Shown here: positions 38,033 through 48,385 of the stretch, piece by piece
How the letters are laid out: every line of letters begins with the position of its first letter
Position numbering within the stretch: position 1 is the stretch's first letter
DNA from: Methanotrichaceae archaeon
Lineage (GTDB): Archaea > Halobacteriota > Methanosarcinia > Methanotrichales > Methanotrichaceae
Direction of reading: 5' to 3'
NCBI GenBank assembly: GCA_963803145.1
Contig: CAWDLW010000030.1
Span: forward strand, 1-64,000
Length of the DNA: 64,000 nt
Position numbers and translations under genes: made by a program
The notes under the pieces: generated by a model
The model's input: only the letters and a program-made list of their open reading frames with translations
Databases searched by the model: none
What the model was told of the DNA's origin: nothing

Positions 38033-40450
38033 TCACTTCTTAGCCCTTATCTTCCTCGGGAGGTTCGTCGGATCAAAGCTCACATCTGCGGGCCGCAAGG
38101 GGCCTGACAGGAACTTCTTGTTCTTCCAATCGACCTTCCAGCCGTGCTTCGACTCAAGCTCCTTCATCATGCTGTCCTTATAGGTGATGGGCAGGTCCTT
38201 TGCATCCCTTACATAGATGTACCAGTCATCAGGCAGCTTGCCGAAGTACTTCATGGAGATGTCGCACCAATGGTTCAGCTTGATCGATCTGCCCATGCTG
38301 TTATCTGAGGGCCTGAAGCAGAGCTTTGCCATCTCCAGCATTGCCTCCTCCTTGGTCTCAGCTATGTAGAGCATCGCCTCAGGAGCGGGCTCAATCTGCT
38401 GCATCTTGCCGTCGCGGGCATCTATGACCATCCAGTCCTCGGGCTTGTCCGCCCTTCCCATGAAGGATCTCCTGTACATGACGGAGTGGGGCTGGACGAC
38501 TACTGGAATACCCAGCCGGTTGCAGCCTGTCGCGATTGATGCTGCCTTCTGAGAGTATGCGCCCCAGGCAATGCCGCAGGCTCCGACCTTGGAGAGGATG
38601 TAGTCTGCAATATCATCGAAGTTTGCCCTGTGGTTCCTGTGAGCGAAGATTGTTGCTACCTTGATCGCAGCATCAGCAATGTTTGCGTTGGCAACGCATG
38701 AGCCGGTGTTGCAGATGTTCCTGCCGTCAAAGCCTCCAGGATACTGCTCCCAGATGCTCTTGCCCTCCTCGTTCTTGTAAAGGGACATATCCATTGCCAT
38801 GCAGCCGGAAGTGACGACGATATAGCCCCGATCCACGAACTCCTTGGCAATATCGTAGCATTCCTTTGTGCCTCTCGGATAGTTACTGCATCCGACCAGA
38901 GCGATGACTCCCGGGATTGTTCCAAGCACGATTGGAGCCCCAACAGCCCTGATCTCTGTATCCCTGGCGGGTCCGCGCCCGGCTCTCATCAGGAATTTCT
39001 GATTCTTAACATACTCACGATTGGCATACTCGTAGAGGTCCATGATGGGTATACCTTGCGGGCATACCGTCTCACACCTGGCACAGCCAACGCATATCTC
39101 ATACATCGATGAGAATGCCTCAAGATTGCCCTTCTTGGCCTCATCGATGAGATCGCTGATTCTGGTGTGGGGCGGGCATACGAATGCGCACTGGTTGCAT
39201 CCCGTGCACTTATCCAGGGCCTCCTTGAACTGCGCTTCAGTCAACTTGGAGGCTATCTTGGTCTCGGCACGCTTAGGCTTGACTGCAATGGCAGTCCTAA
39301 TACCAACTGCTCCAGCCTTCTCAGGATCAAGGATGGCAACGCCAGGAACTTTGAAGTTCACAAGGTCATCCACAATCTGGTCTATAGGATCATTAGTCCT
39401 GTCCTGCAGGCCGAGCATAATCTTATCAGTGGTGGCAATGAGAGGGATCTTGCGTTTCTGACAATCCTCAAGAACATCGCAGTAGACGCACTGCTCATCA
39501 ACCATTACAGTATCCATGACTCCGGAGCGGACCATCTTCCTCCACCAGCCCATAGCTCCTGCGATCTTGGCTTTTGTTCCAAGGTTTTTCGCCAGGCTCG
39601 GGTGTCCAATACCCTCCGCAATCCTCGTCAGATCGAAAGCAGTACAACAGACGCCTCCGATGTCCACCTTATCCCAGAGCTTGTTTGCCTCTGCGTAAAT
39701 CATGGCCTCGGCGCCTGCTGCCAGGTTATGGCCGTAGGCGATGAGAACGCCCTTATTCTGATCCAGTGTGCCCATGCCGACCTCGATTAGAGGGGCATCT
39801 GCAGCACCACGCGGCATATCGTATGCCACGATCTGAAGCATATCGCATATCTCCATGCCCAGAAGATCCAGCATTCCAGCATGCAGCGCCTTGGATTCGA
39901 AGTCTTTGTAATAGCCCTCTTGGCCGGTATGAGTCGCGGCAACGAGCTGAACAACTTCTTCCTCCAAGTAGCTCAAGCCCTCTCCAAAGTCCTTGAGTGT
40001 CCTGGGCTTGCTGCCAACGATTGTCTGGTAAATAGGTGAATCTACAAGAATCTCATCGCCCATATCGAACTTCATATCTCCGAATCTGTCCAGGCACCAG
40101 TGGTACAGATGTCTTCCGTGGGCGGCATGAGCGCAACATCCCATCAGGCAAGCGATGAGGACGATCCTACCGGAGTAGGCTGCCATATCCATACCGCAGG
40201 CACCACGCTTATCACCAGTCAGGTCACAAGGTCCATAAGTACAGAGCGTGCAGGTATCATCTGCTGGGGCATACATGATTCTATATCTATTCGCTATCTT
40301 GAAGTCCCAATCACGGAGCGTTGCTACGCCGGGCTTGGGGAAAGGACCCATAGGTTGGTCCCACTCTTCCTCTTCCTTAACGACAGCTCCGATGTTGATC
40401 TGGACGTTCTTCATGTCCTCAACAGCAAAACTGCCCTCGGTTTTTACCAT
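38033..40450 (-). CDS. cdhA: ACDS complex alpha subunit (CO dehydrogenase)
   Basis: GPFPKP...LRDWD, CTLCTYGPCDL, HAAHGRH, GVCCT, DEQC, two ferredoxin motifs, GCSNY, GSCV, WGAYSQK. The start was taken at MVKTEG. Confidence 0.97.
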   Translation of the reverse strand: MVKTEGSFAVEDMKNVQINIGAVVKEEEEWDQPMGPFPKPGVATLRDWDFKIANRYRIMYAPADDTCTLCTYGPCDLTGDKRGACGMDMAAYSGRIVLIACLMGCCAHAAHGRHLYHWCLDRFGDMKFDMGDEILVDSPIYQTIVGSKPRTLKDFGEGLSYLEEEVVQLVAATHTGQEGYYKDFESKALHAGMLDLLGMEICDMLQIVAYDMPRGAADAPLIEVGMGTLDQNKGVLIAYGHNLAAGAEAMIYAEANKLWDKVDIGGVCCTAFDLTRIAEGIGHPSLAKNLGTKAKIAGAMGWWRKMVRSGVMDTVMVDEQCVYCDVLEDCQKRKIPLIATTDKIMLGLQDRTNDPIDQIVDDLVNFKVPGVAILDPEKAGAVGIRTAIAVKPKRAETKIASKLTEAQFKEALDKCTGCNQCAFVCPPHTRISDLIDEAKKGNLEAFSSMYEICVGCARCETVCPQGIPIMDLYEYANREYVKNQKFLMRAGRGPARDTEIRAVGAPIVLGTIPGVIALVGCSNYPRGTKECYDIAKEFVDRGYIVVTSGCMAMDMSLYKNEEGKSIWEQYPGGFDGRNICNTGSCVANANIADAAIKVATIFAHRNHRANFDDIADYILSKVGACGIAWGAYSQKAASIATGCNRLGIPVVVQPHSVMYRRSFMGRADKPEDWMVIDARDGKMQQIEPAPEAMLYIAETKEEAMLEMAKLCFRPSDNSMGRSIKLNHWCDISMKYFGKLPDDWYIYVRDAKDLPITYKDSMMKELESKHGWKVDWKNKKFLSGPLRPADVSFDPTNLPRKIRAKK

Positions 40451-40681
40451 TGGGTTCTTGGCCTCCTCTTTCCTTTGATATACGCCGCTCCCGTTGGCTG
40501 AAATTACATAAAACACTTTCGGATACCAATTAATATAAAATAACCCTGATCACCAGTATTTTCATCGAATTATTACTATATTGGTCATATATGCTGCGAT
40601 GCGCGAACGCGATCACGATTGTTAATGTATAATATCTATCCGTCAACTTGAAATGCGGACACGAAAGTATGCCTCTGGCTC

Positions 40682-41785
40682 ATGCTAGACAGAATCAGAA
40701 AGAGCTTTGCGGCAAGCAGAGAATGCTACCATGGAGGCAAATTCAGGGAAGCAGCCTTGCAAGGGACCACGCAAGCTCCTCCCCCAATGGATTTCAGCGC
40801 CAATATAAATCCTCTAGGTGCTCCCCCACTGGAATCCGTCGTTTTAAAAGAGCTGGAATCTATAGGCTATTATCCGGATAACAAATACACCGAGTTCAGG
40901 AGTGCCATCGCTCGCTTTGTGGATGTGGAGCCTGAGAACGTAGTTCCGGGAAACGGTTCATCGGAGATCATCAGGCTCTTCGCGGAGATGGTCCTGGAGG
41001 AAGGAGATCTGGCACTGATACCTTTTCCAACCTTCGGGGAGTATGAGAATCAATCCCTCTTATCAGGTGCCAGAGTCAAGCGAATAGAAACGGATTCGAA
41101 AGGCATGCCCATAATAAGTGATCCTGACCTTAGTGATGCCAAAGCACTCTTTGTATGCAACCCAAATAACCCCACTGGGGCATTGATACCAAGAGAAGAT
41201 ATTGCAGCTCTTGCGAAAAGATGCGAGCGAAATGAAGTATTCCTCCTGGTTGACGAAGCTTTCATAGAACTATCCGACCCTGATCAGAGCATAGCATACC
41301 TCGCGCCTGATATGGAGTACTTGCTTGTCATGAGATCTCTGACAAAATCATTCGGCGTTCCGGGGCTAAGGCTGGGCTTTGGTGTCGCAAACCCCCTATT
41401 TATAGAGATAATGGATAGATCCAGGATACCCTGGTCAATAAGCTCCATAGCGGCTGCCGCAGGAGCATATCTCCTCGGTAATGCTGATTACCTTGAGGAT
41501 TCAAGGAATCTTATCAAGAGAGAACGGGAATGGCTTACTTCTGCACTATCGAATTTAGGGCTCAAACCTCTTACTAGCAGTGTTAACTTTATTTTAGTAA
41601 ACATTCAGCCAGCAGGCATTGGCTCGGATGAGCTTACAAAATATATGATTGCACAGGGAGTGCTTGTCAGAGATTGCCAATCCTTCGGCCTTGGAAAGGG
41701 CTACATAAGAGTGGCAGTTAGAAATAGAGAGGAGAATGAGCAGCTAATAGAAGCCCTGGAGCGTGTCATCAAATGCACCGATTGA
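40682..41785 (+). CDS. cobD: threonine-phosphate decarboxylase (class I/II aminotransferase)
   Basis: HGG, DFSANINPLG, CNPNNPTG, DEAF, SLTKSFGVPGLRLG; precedes cbiB. Confidence 0.88.
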   Translation: MLDRIRKSFAASRECYHGGKFREAALQGTTQAPPPMDFSANINPLGAPPLESVVLKELESIGYYPDNKYTEFRSAIARFVDVEPENVVPGNGSSEIIRLFAEMVLEEGDLALIPFPTFGEYENQSLLSGARVKRIETDSKGMPIISDPDLSDAKALFVCNPNNPTGALIPREDIAALAKRCERNEVFLLVDEAFIELSDPDQSIAYLAPDMEYLLVMRSLTKSFGVPGLRLGFGVANPLFIEIMDRSRIPWSISSIAAAAGAYLLGNADYLEDSRNLIKREREWLTSALSNLGLKPLTSSVNFILVNIQPAGIGSDELTKYMIAQGVLVRDCQSFGLGKGYIRVAVRNREENEQLIEALERVIKCTD

Positions 41786-42015
41786 ACTGCGAGCGATATC
41801 CCTGTCATTTCCCCAAGCAGGATTGTGCCTTCTGCTTTTGTCCTTTTTATCCATGTATGGATGAGAGGACTAAAGGTCATATGAAGGGAGATACCTGGGC
41901 TTGCGAGGACTGTGTTGTTATCCATTCTCCAGAAATATCCTATATAATCATGGATGCACTTATGGGAGGCAAGGCCATAACGGAAGCCTGGAATATTCTC
42001 ACGGAGCTATTATGA
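41773..42015 (+). CDS. cysteine-rich small-domain protein
   Basis: CERYPCHF..QDCAFCFCPFYPC...WACEDC..IH. Confidence 0.85.
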   Translation: MHRLNCERYPCHFPKQDCAFCFCPFYPCMDERTKGHMKGDTWACEDCVVIHSPEISYIIMDALMGGKAITEAWNILTELL

Positions 42016-42932
42016 GCTCAGATGCATTTCTGGTATTCCTATTAGCCGTTGCCTTTGATCTGATAATAGGGGAGCCTACCGCGAAAATACACCCTGTTGT
42101 TTGGATAGGCAAGCTTATTTCCTTCCTGAAAAGCCGCGCTAGGCCAACAAAGGCTGATGGCCTAATGGTTGCAATGGCAGTGATAATAACAACGGTTTTC
42201 ATAGGCCATGCAATTGTCATTGCCGCAGGACAGATCCCTATTTTCGGCGGGCTGTTTAGTACTGTAGCCGCTGCATATTTGCTAAAATCGACATTCGCTA
42301 TAAGGTGTCTTCTCCAGACATCAAATGATATAGGAAAAATGATCGATAGCAATATCGATGAGGCCAAAAGGATGCTTCCGGCTCTTGTAGGTAGAGCGAC
42401 AAAGGATCTTACATCTGCGCAGGCGGCATCTGCGGTGATCGAATCTGTCTCAGAGAACTATGTGGACACTATAATATCTCCGATATTTTATTTCCTTCTC
42501 TTCTCGCCCTTCGGCCTTGGGCTCGAGGCGGCCCTCGCATTCAAGGCGATGAGCACAATGGACAGCATGTTGGGCTACAAAACAAAGGGCCTCAAGGAGA
42601 TAGGCTACGTGCCTGCGAAGCTGGATGACATTGCCAATTATATCCCGGCAAGGCTCAGCATACTCCTTATAGCCCTTGCGAGACCATCAAGAGCTGCTGC
42701 GGCAATAGCATCTGCCCTGAGGTACCACTCTAAAACGCCCAGCCCCAATTCCGGCTGGCCTATGTCGGCATCGGCGGGCAGCTTGGGCGTTAAGCTGGAA
42801 AAGCCGGGCTTCTACGTGCTGCTTGAAAAGGGAAAAGAGGCAGCTACATCAGATATACCGGATGCCGTCAGGCTCATAGGTCGGGCATCGATCTTTGTGT
42901 TGGCAATATCTTCGCTCATACTGCTGTTGTAA
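42012..42932 (+). CDS. cbiB: adenosylcobinamide-phosphate synthase
   Basis: GEP...HPVVWIG, LVGR, ESVSEN..D, DSMLGY, AKLDD.ANY.PAR, SPNSGWP. Confidence 0.93.
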   Translation: MSSDAFLVFLLAVAFDLIIGEPTAKIHPVVWIGKLISFLKSRARPTKADGLMVAMAVIITTVFIGHAIVIAAGQIPIFGGLFSTVAAAYLLKSTFAIRCLLQTSNDIGKMIDSNIDEAKRMLPALVGRATKDLTSAQAASAVIESVSENYVDTIISPIFYFLLFSPFGLGLEAALAFKAMSTMDSMLGYKTKGLKEIGYVPAKLDDIANYIPARLSILLIALARPSRAAAAIASALRYHSKTPSPNSGWPMSASAGSLGVKLEKPGFYVLLEKGKEAATSDIPDAVRLIGRASIFVLAISSLILLL

Positions 42933-43016
42933 TGTTTACCAGATCATGCTTTGGTAATGTTTTCCCGTGTTATGCCACGGTAATATTTATCCGGATCGAA
43001 GGCTGAACTACTACAG

Positions 43017-43667
43017 ATGGAGACGATGGGAGATCTGCTAGAGAAGGTCAGAGAGTTTGGATCTAAGGGCAGCCAGAAGGAGGATGCCCAGAAGCTCTTT
43101 GGCTGGAGCATTCAGGATGTTGTGACCAGGACCCCTGCGGCCGATGAGGCTTCAATCGCTATAGTCTTTGATAATGGGCTGATAATCTACGCCAGATATT
43201 TCCTCAATCTTGATCCCACTGAGTCTGAGGATAACTGCGAATTTATCCTTGGACTGAGGAATGACCTCCGGTCCCGGATAAGATATAATGTATTTTACTC
43301 GGGCTACATACACGGACAGGGATATATAAGGGTCAAGATAGCTGAAACTGATAACAGAACGGTGCAGAGGATGCTTGATGATTTATATGTCCCAGCACTC
43401 AAGAACATCTATAAACCCATAATAACTCAATTCAAGGGATTCTATTCAAAGGATTATTTCGGCGTTGAGGCGGATAATAACCACGGAGAGATTTATTACT
43501 CGCCCGTAAGATATAGAAGCGAGCATAAGGCATCAAAAATCTGGGACGTTCTCGGCCGGCTCCATGAACTCGATGCGCTCATGCGCGAAGGCAATATTAG
43601 GCATGCTCTTGCTGAGCTTGATGTGCAGATGAGCTTTCTTCCGAGCGTTATATGGTCTGACATTTAA
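43017..43667 (+). CDS. hypothetical protein
   Basis: 216-aa ORF with host-like composition and a TATA-like TATTTAT upstream. Confidence 0.75.
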   Translation: METMGDLLEKVREFGSKGSQKEDAQKLFGWSIQDVVTRTPAADEASIAIVFDNGLIIYARYFLNLDPTESEDNCEFILGLRNDLRSRIRYNVFYSGYIHGQGYIRVKIAETDNRTVQRMLDDLYVPALKNIYKPIITQFKGFYSKDYFGVEADNNHGEIYYSPVRYRSEHKASKIWDVLGRLHELDALMREGNIRHALAELDVQMSFLPSVIWSDI

Positions 43668-43678
43668 TCTAAAACCAC

Positions 43679-46600
43679 CTAATTTAGGATCTCAAGCGCA
43701 CTGGGCAGATTCTCCAAAATACCCTTGTAGTCCTTTTCTTGAAGCTTAGCCTTCATAGAGACCAAAAACTTCCGTGCCTCAGGAGCAAGATTTGCTCCCT
43801 CAAAGTAATCTACAATCCGGGATATAAGCAGGCTAGCGGTATTTAAATAAACAGAATCGCTGTGACTTGTCGCCAGATGCAGAGCACGATTATAATCGTT
43901 TAAGGCTGTGTCTTTACGGCCTGTTTGAGCCTCGCAATCTGCGAGCGTAATCAATGCCCTAATGTTCAAATCCAAATAGCCCATAAGTCTCGTGTGGCGC
44001 TCCGATAGAACAGCTATCTCCTCGGCCTTTACGAGATCTTTTTGATCCAGGGCAACTGTAGCCATATCATCATAAACTAAGAGAAGATCATATACAGCAC
44101 CAATCTTGCTGAAGATCTTTGATGCGTCCTTAAGTCTGGCCTCAGATTCGGAATAATCATTCTTAAATTTGGAGATGAGGCCGATATTCCTCAAAGCTTT
44201 GGCCTCCTCATATCTGTCGCCCAGCCTTCTTGATAATGCCAAAGCCTTTTGGTAATTATTAAAAGCTTCATTATACAGCTGTTCTCCCTGGTAGAACTCA
44301 CCCCAAGCGCTATAAAGCTGAATACGCATTGGCTGATAGTTTAACCTATAAATTAAAGTCTCTGCCTTGGATAAGTAGAATTTGGACTCCAGTGATTGCT
44401 GAGAATGCAGCTTAAACCTTGCCATTGCTATGTAGCATTCGCAAAGATCAGGCATTGCGCCTAAGCTTTCAAACGATTTCATTGAACTCTGCAGAAGCCC
44501 CTCAGCATTCCCCTCCCACCCTCTCAAGCTCTGGATGGCGCTCAAGCTCATTTTTGTAAGGCCTATGCACGGCTCGGCTTCGAGCTTGCTGAAAATCTCA
44601 AGGCTCTGCTCAAGCATTTCCGCGGCCATATACCAATCGCCCTTGCCTCTATAAACTGTGGCAGCATTGAGCATCGTCTGGGCTGCGCCATATAAATCAT
44701 CTAATTCTTTGAAAAGGGCAGTGCTTTCCATAAACCTTGATATGGCCTCGTCCCATTCGTACCTATCTGCATGGGCGCTGCCTAGTGCCGCCAGCACCTC
44801 GGCCTTGCCGCTCAAATCGCCCTCGTCCTCCACATCATTCAGCTGTTTCAGATAACCATCGACGCTCGCCTTGACATCGCCCTGACCTGATTTGATCATA
44901 TCTATATCTGCCTGCATCTCTGCAGCGCCAATGGCATCTCCCTGATGTAAGCGAATTTCTAGTCCTCTTTGGAAATGCTCCATTGCAAGAGCCCATTCGC
45001 CCCTGCGGTAATAGAATGTCCCTAGATTATTCAGTACCTTAGCAATGCCATCGGAATCGTCAAAGGCTTCGAATATATCCAGGCTCTTCTGATAGCATTC
45101 CAATGCATTAGACCAATCGCCCTTTTTATAGTAAATGCTGGCTATGTTGCTTAAAACAGAAGCTGCACTGCTATCGTCTCCGATCTTTTCAAAGCACTGG
45201 AGGCTACAATTATAATGCTCGAGTGCATTGGTCCACTCGCCACGACGATAATACATGTTTCCGAGATTATTTCCTGCTACAGCCATGCTATAGTCGTCGC
45301 CTAGCCTATTCAAAATCTCCAGGCTCTCTTTATAACTGGAGATGGCCTCGTTCCAGTTCCCGTCCTCCATATAGATATTGCCCAGATTACAAAGTACTAC
45401 CGCAACGCTATAGAGGTCCCCCTTTGATCGAAATATCGCCAATGCATCACAATACTCATCGATAGCTTCCCGGTTTTTGCCTAACTTGTAGCAGAGTTCT
45501 GTAAAATTGTTCAGGGATAGGATCAGCTCGCGTACATCTTCAAGGGTTTTCTGTAACCTTATGCACTCCTCATAATAGCCTATGGCCCTCTCTAAATCTC
45601 CAGCATCGGCCAATATGATTCCCATGCCTTTCAGGGCATTTGCCTCTCCCTTCGTATCGCCTAGCTCTCGAAAGATCCTGAGACTCTCAAGGCAACATTC
45701 TTCAGCCTTTTCCATCGACCCGCTTTGGCAATAGATGCTTCCAAGATTGCCCATAGTTGTTGCAATACCGTGTCTATCCCCAAGTTTGCGTTTTGCATCC
45801 AAGCTCTGAGTGTAATATTTTATTGCCTGAAGTTCATCTCCCACATCTGCGTAGATATTCCCAAGGTTGTTTAAAACCGCAGATAAGCAATGAGAATCTC
45901 CGAGATCTTCGAAAGATTCCATTGCCTCCTTGAAGTGGCCAATGGCCTCATCCAGATCTCCTTTGAGCTGACATGTGTTGCCTAGATTTACATGAACTGT
46001 TGCAATGCCTTGGGAGTCGCCCAGTTCCTCTTTAATATTTAGGCTCTTCTGCAGGTGCTCTGCTGCAGTAGAGAAGTCTCCCTTGAGCTGGCAGATAAGG
46101 CCGAGGTTGTTCAATGTCTTTGCAATTCCTTGTCTATCGCCAAATCTCTCCTGTATCTCGAGTGTTTCGCTGTAGAGATCAACGGCCGCATCTAGATCTC
46201 CCTTTAGCTGATAGATACTTCCGAGATCTGATAATGCTTTGGCTGCACCCAAATCATCTCCGGACTCCCTCAAGAGTTCTATGGACCTCTGATAGCATTC
46301 AACAGCATTATCCCACTCGCCCATATCGAGGTAGATCAGCCCCATATTATTCAGCGCAGTCGTTATGCCGTGAAGATCATCCAGCTTCTCTTGGATCTCC
46401 AAGTTTCGGCGATAGCAGCTGATGGCATCTGTATATTGGCAAAGTTTATAGTGAATGCTACCTAGACTTGATAGCGTTCTGGCAGCGCCGCTCGAATCTC
46501 CCTGGCCCGTCTGTATATCCAAAGCCTTTTGGAAATGTGCTATTGCATTATTCCATTGTTTTATCTCAACGGATACAAGGCCCATTGAGTTCAATACTGA

Positions 46601-47533
46601 TGCGACCTCTCCAAGATCGCCTATACACTCGAGCGATGCCAAGCTCTTATGATAGTACTCCAACGCCAAGTTCCATTTTTCTGCCTGTGAGCAGAGACTA
46701 CCCAGAGTACTCCGTATCCTGGCCACGCCGGCACTATCCCCTAAATCATCAAGGTTATGGAGTGCTATCTCATAATAATCAATGGCACGATCCCATTCTC
46801 CATCAAGCTGACGAACCATGCCGAGGCTTGCGAGGACTTTTGCTGCACCCCTTTTATCTCCACAGCGCTCTATTTCATTCAAGCTCTGCTGGTAATACTC
46901 CTCCGCAGATGTTAGATCTCCCTTAAGTTGACATATCCTTCCAAGGTTACTGAGAACGTCTGCAGTGCCGGATTTATCTCCTGCATCCTCGAGTATAGCT
47001 AAACTCTCCTCATAGCATCCGAGTGCATGCCCCAGCTCTTCCAGGCGAAGATAGACGTTACCGAGGCTATTCAACACAGATGCCGCAGATAACGAATCCC
47101 CCACTGTATTTAGAGCATCTAGCTCGCGTTTATAGTATTTACAGGCGCTTTCCCAATCCTCTACCTCTGAATAGATATCGCCCAGGTTATTCAACACTCG
47201 GGCAGCATTTCTTCCGCTGCCCTCCGCCTCAGCCAACCTGAGACTCTGCTCATAATACTCAATTGCAGCCTGATTGAAGAAGAATCTGTGGGCCAAAACT
47301 CCCAAGGAAAACCAGGTTTGGAAGCTATTCTGGATTGATGCGTGTTCTGCTAGTTCCTTGAGCTTTGTATGCATGAGAGCGCCATCTGAAGATAAGGCCG
47401 CTTTAATGAAGGATGAAAGTGGATCGGGTGCATTATACGAAATGATCTTCAATTGCTCGGGCTCATAGCCCTTTGGGTTCGCCAGTACTTCGGCAAAAGC
47501 GTTAAGACCTGAGAGAACGCTATCCTCAGACAT
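43679..47533 (-). CDS. giant tetratricopeptide-repeat protein
   Basis: About 30 tandem ~40-aa units of the type A..LNNLG..Y...G.W..A..YY..SL; no enzymatic domain recognised. Confidence 0.93.
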   Translation of the reverse strand: MSEDSVLSGLNAFAEVLANPKGYEPEQLKIISYNAPDPLSSFIKAALSSDGALMHTKLKELAEHASIQNSFQTWFSLGVLAHRFFFNQAAIEYYEQSLRLAEAEGSGRNAARVLNNLGDIYSEVEDWESACKYYKRELDALNTVGDSLSAASVLNSLGNVYLRLEELGHALGCYEESLAILEDAGDKSGTADVLSNLGRICQLKGDLTSAEEYYQQSLNEIERCGDKRGAAKVLASLGMVRQLDGEWDRAIDYYEIALHNLDDLGDSAGVARIRSTLGSLCSQAEKWNLALEYYHKSLASLECIGDLGEVASVLNSMGLVSVEIKQWNNAIAHFQKALDIQTGQGDSSGAARTLSSLGSIHYKLCQYTDAISCYRRNLEIQEKLDDLHGITTALNNMGLIYLDMGEWDNAVECYQRSIELLRESGDDLGAAKALSDLGSIYQLKGDLDAAVDLYSETLEIQERFGDRQGIAKTLNNLGLICQLKGDFSTAAEHLQKSLNIKEELGDSQGIATVHVNLGNTCQLKGDLDEAIGHFKEAMESFEDLGDSHCLSAVLNNLGNIYADVGDELQAIKYYTQSLDAKRKLGDRHGIATTMGNLGSIYCQSGSMEKAEECCLESLRIFRELGDTKGEANALKGMGIILADAGDLERAIGYYEECIRLQKTLEDVRELILSLNNFTELCYKLGKNREAIDEYCDALAIFRSKGDLYSVAVVLCNLGNIYMEDGNWNEAISSYKESLEILNRLGDDYSMAVAGNNLGNMYYRRGEWTNALEHYNCSLQCFEKIGDDSSAASVLSNIASIYYKKGDWSNALECYQKSLDIFEAFDDSDGIAKVLNNLGTFYYRRGEWALAMEHFQRGLEIRLHQGDAIGAAEMQADIDMIKSGQGDVKASVDGYLKQLNDVEDEGDLSGKAEVLAALGSAHADRYEWDEAISRFMESTALFKELDDLYGAAQTMLNAATVYRGKGDWYMAAEMLEQSLEIFSKLEAEPCIGLTKMSLSAIQSLRGWEGNAEGLLQSSMKSFESLGAMPDLCECYIAMARFKLHSQQSLESKFYLSKAETLIYRLNYQPMRIQLYSAWGEFYQGEQLYNEAFNNYQKALALSRRLGDRYEEAKALRNIGLISKFKNDYSESEARLKDASKIFSKIGAVYDLLLVYDDMATVALDQKDLVKAEEIAVLSERHTRLMGYLDLNIRALITLADCEAQTGRKDTALNDYNRALHLATSHSDSVYLNTASLLISRIVDYFEGANLAPEARKFLVSMKAKLQEKDYKGILENLPSALEILN

Positions 47534-47672
47534 CTCCCCCACCACCTAGACAGCTCGGCAGTAGATGGCGTAAAGACGTATATGGATAATTGAACGAAAA
47601 TCTGGATGAAGTCTTACTGAATAACAAGTAGCTATGAATTTCTCCCATAAAGTCAACCTTATTATCGGCCAT
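47526..47672 (-). CDS. possible 48-aa peptide overlapping the TPR start
   Basis: Purine-rich AGAGGGGAAG before the ATG; MADNKVDFMGEIHSYLLFSKTSSRFSFNYPYTSLRHLLPSCLGGGGDV*. Confidence 0.3.
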   Translation of the reverse strand: MADNKVDFMGEIHSYLLFSKTSSRFSFNYPYTSLRHLLPSCLGGGGDV

Positions 47673-47996
47673 CGTTTCTTCCCCTCTATTGCTGCCTTAG
47701 TATAGGTATACTACTTATTCCATCAGTAATAACTGTCCATGCATATAAAATCTCCGATTTATTAGGATTAAATATCATATCATACTAAAATTAATAGTGA
47801 TATTATTCATATCCAAACCAAAGCCTTTGTAGCAAATTGCGGTTGCTTTTAGACCGGTAACTTGGAGTTATAATTCGAAAGTAATAACTAAGATATACTT
47901 TGTGAAAAATGCTTATGTGGCACCTCATAGCCCAAGTCTGAGTGCAGTGGTATAAATAAAAATGATTACTTAGATCCCTTCGGATCTAACATTAGA

Positions 47997-48383
47997 CTAC
48001 TTCAATACCAACTTCAGGGCACGCTGTGGGCAGCCTGTGATACAAGCCCCACACTGTATGCACCTGCCTGGATCGGCAACAACCCGCCAATCATCGAACT
48101 TAAATGTTCCTGTCGGGCATACAGAAACGCAGGCTCCACAGTGTATGCACTCATCCTCGTCCTTTATGACAGGTATCTCAAGGGTGACAACCTTGACGCC
48201 CCTGCGCTCAAATGCCTCTTTGACCTCCTTGCACTTATCTTTTGGTACTTCAAGGACAATCTCACCGGTGACGGCATCTATGCTTGCCCTCTCTATATTG
48301 ACCAATGTAGAGGTCTCCAGAATTACAGAGGCTATGAGAGGCTGGCGTACGATGCCTGGAGCCACATGCAACATCAGCTTCAA
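47997..48383 (-). CDS. NIL-domain ferredoxin (homocysteine biosynthesis partner)
   Basis: VNIERA NIL domain plus CIHCGACVSVCP and CIQCGACITGCP; follows the DUF39-CBS gene. Confidence 0.9.
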   Translation of the reverse strand: MKLMLHVAPGIVRQPLIASVILETSTLVNIERASIDAVTGEIVLEVPKDKCKEVKEAFERRGVKVVTLEIPVIKDEDECIHCGACVSVCPTGTFKFDDWRVVADPGRCIQCGACITGCPQRALKLVLK

Positions 48384-48385
48384 CC

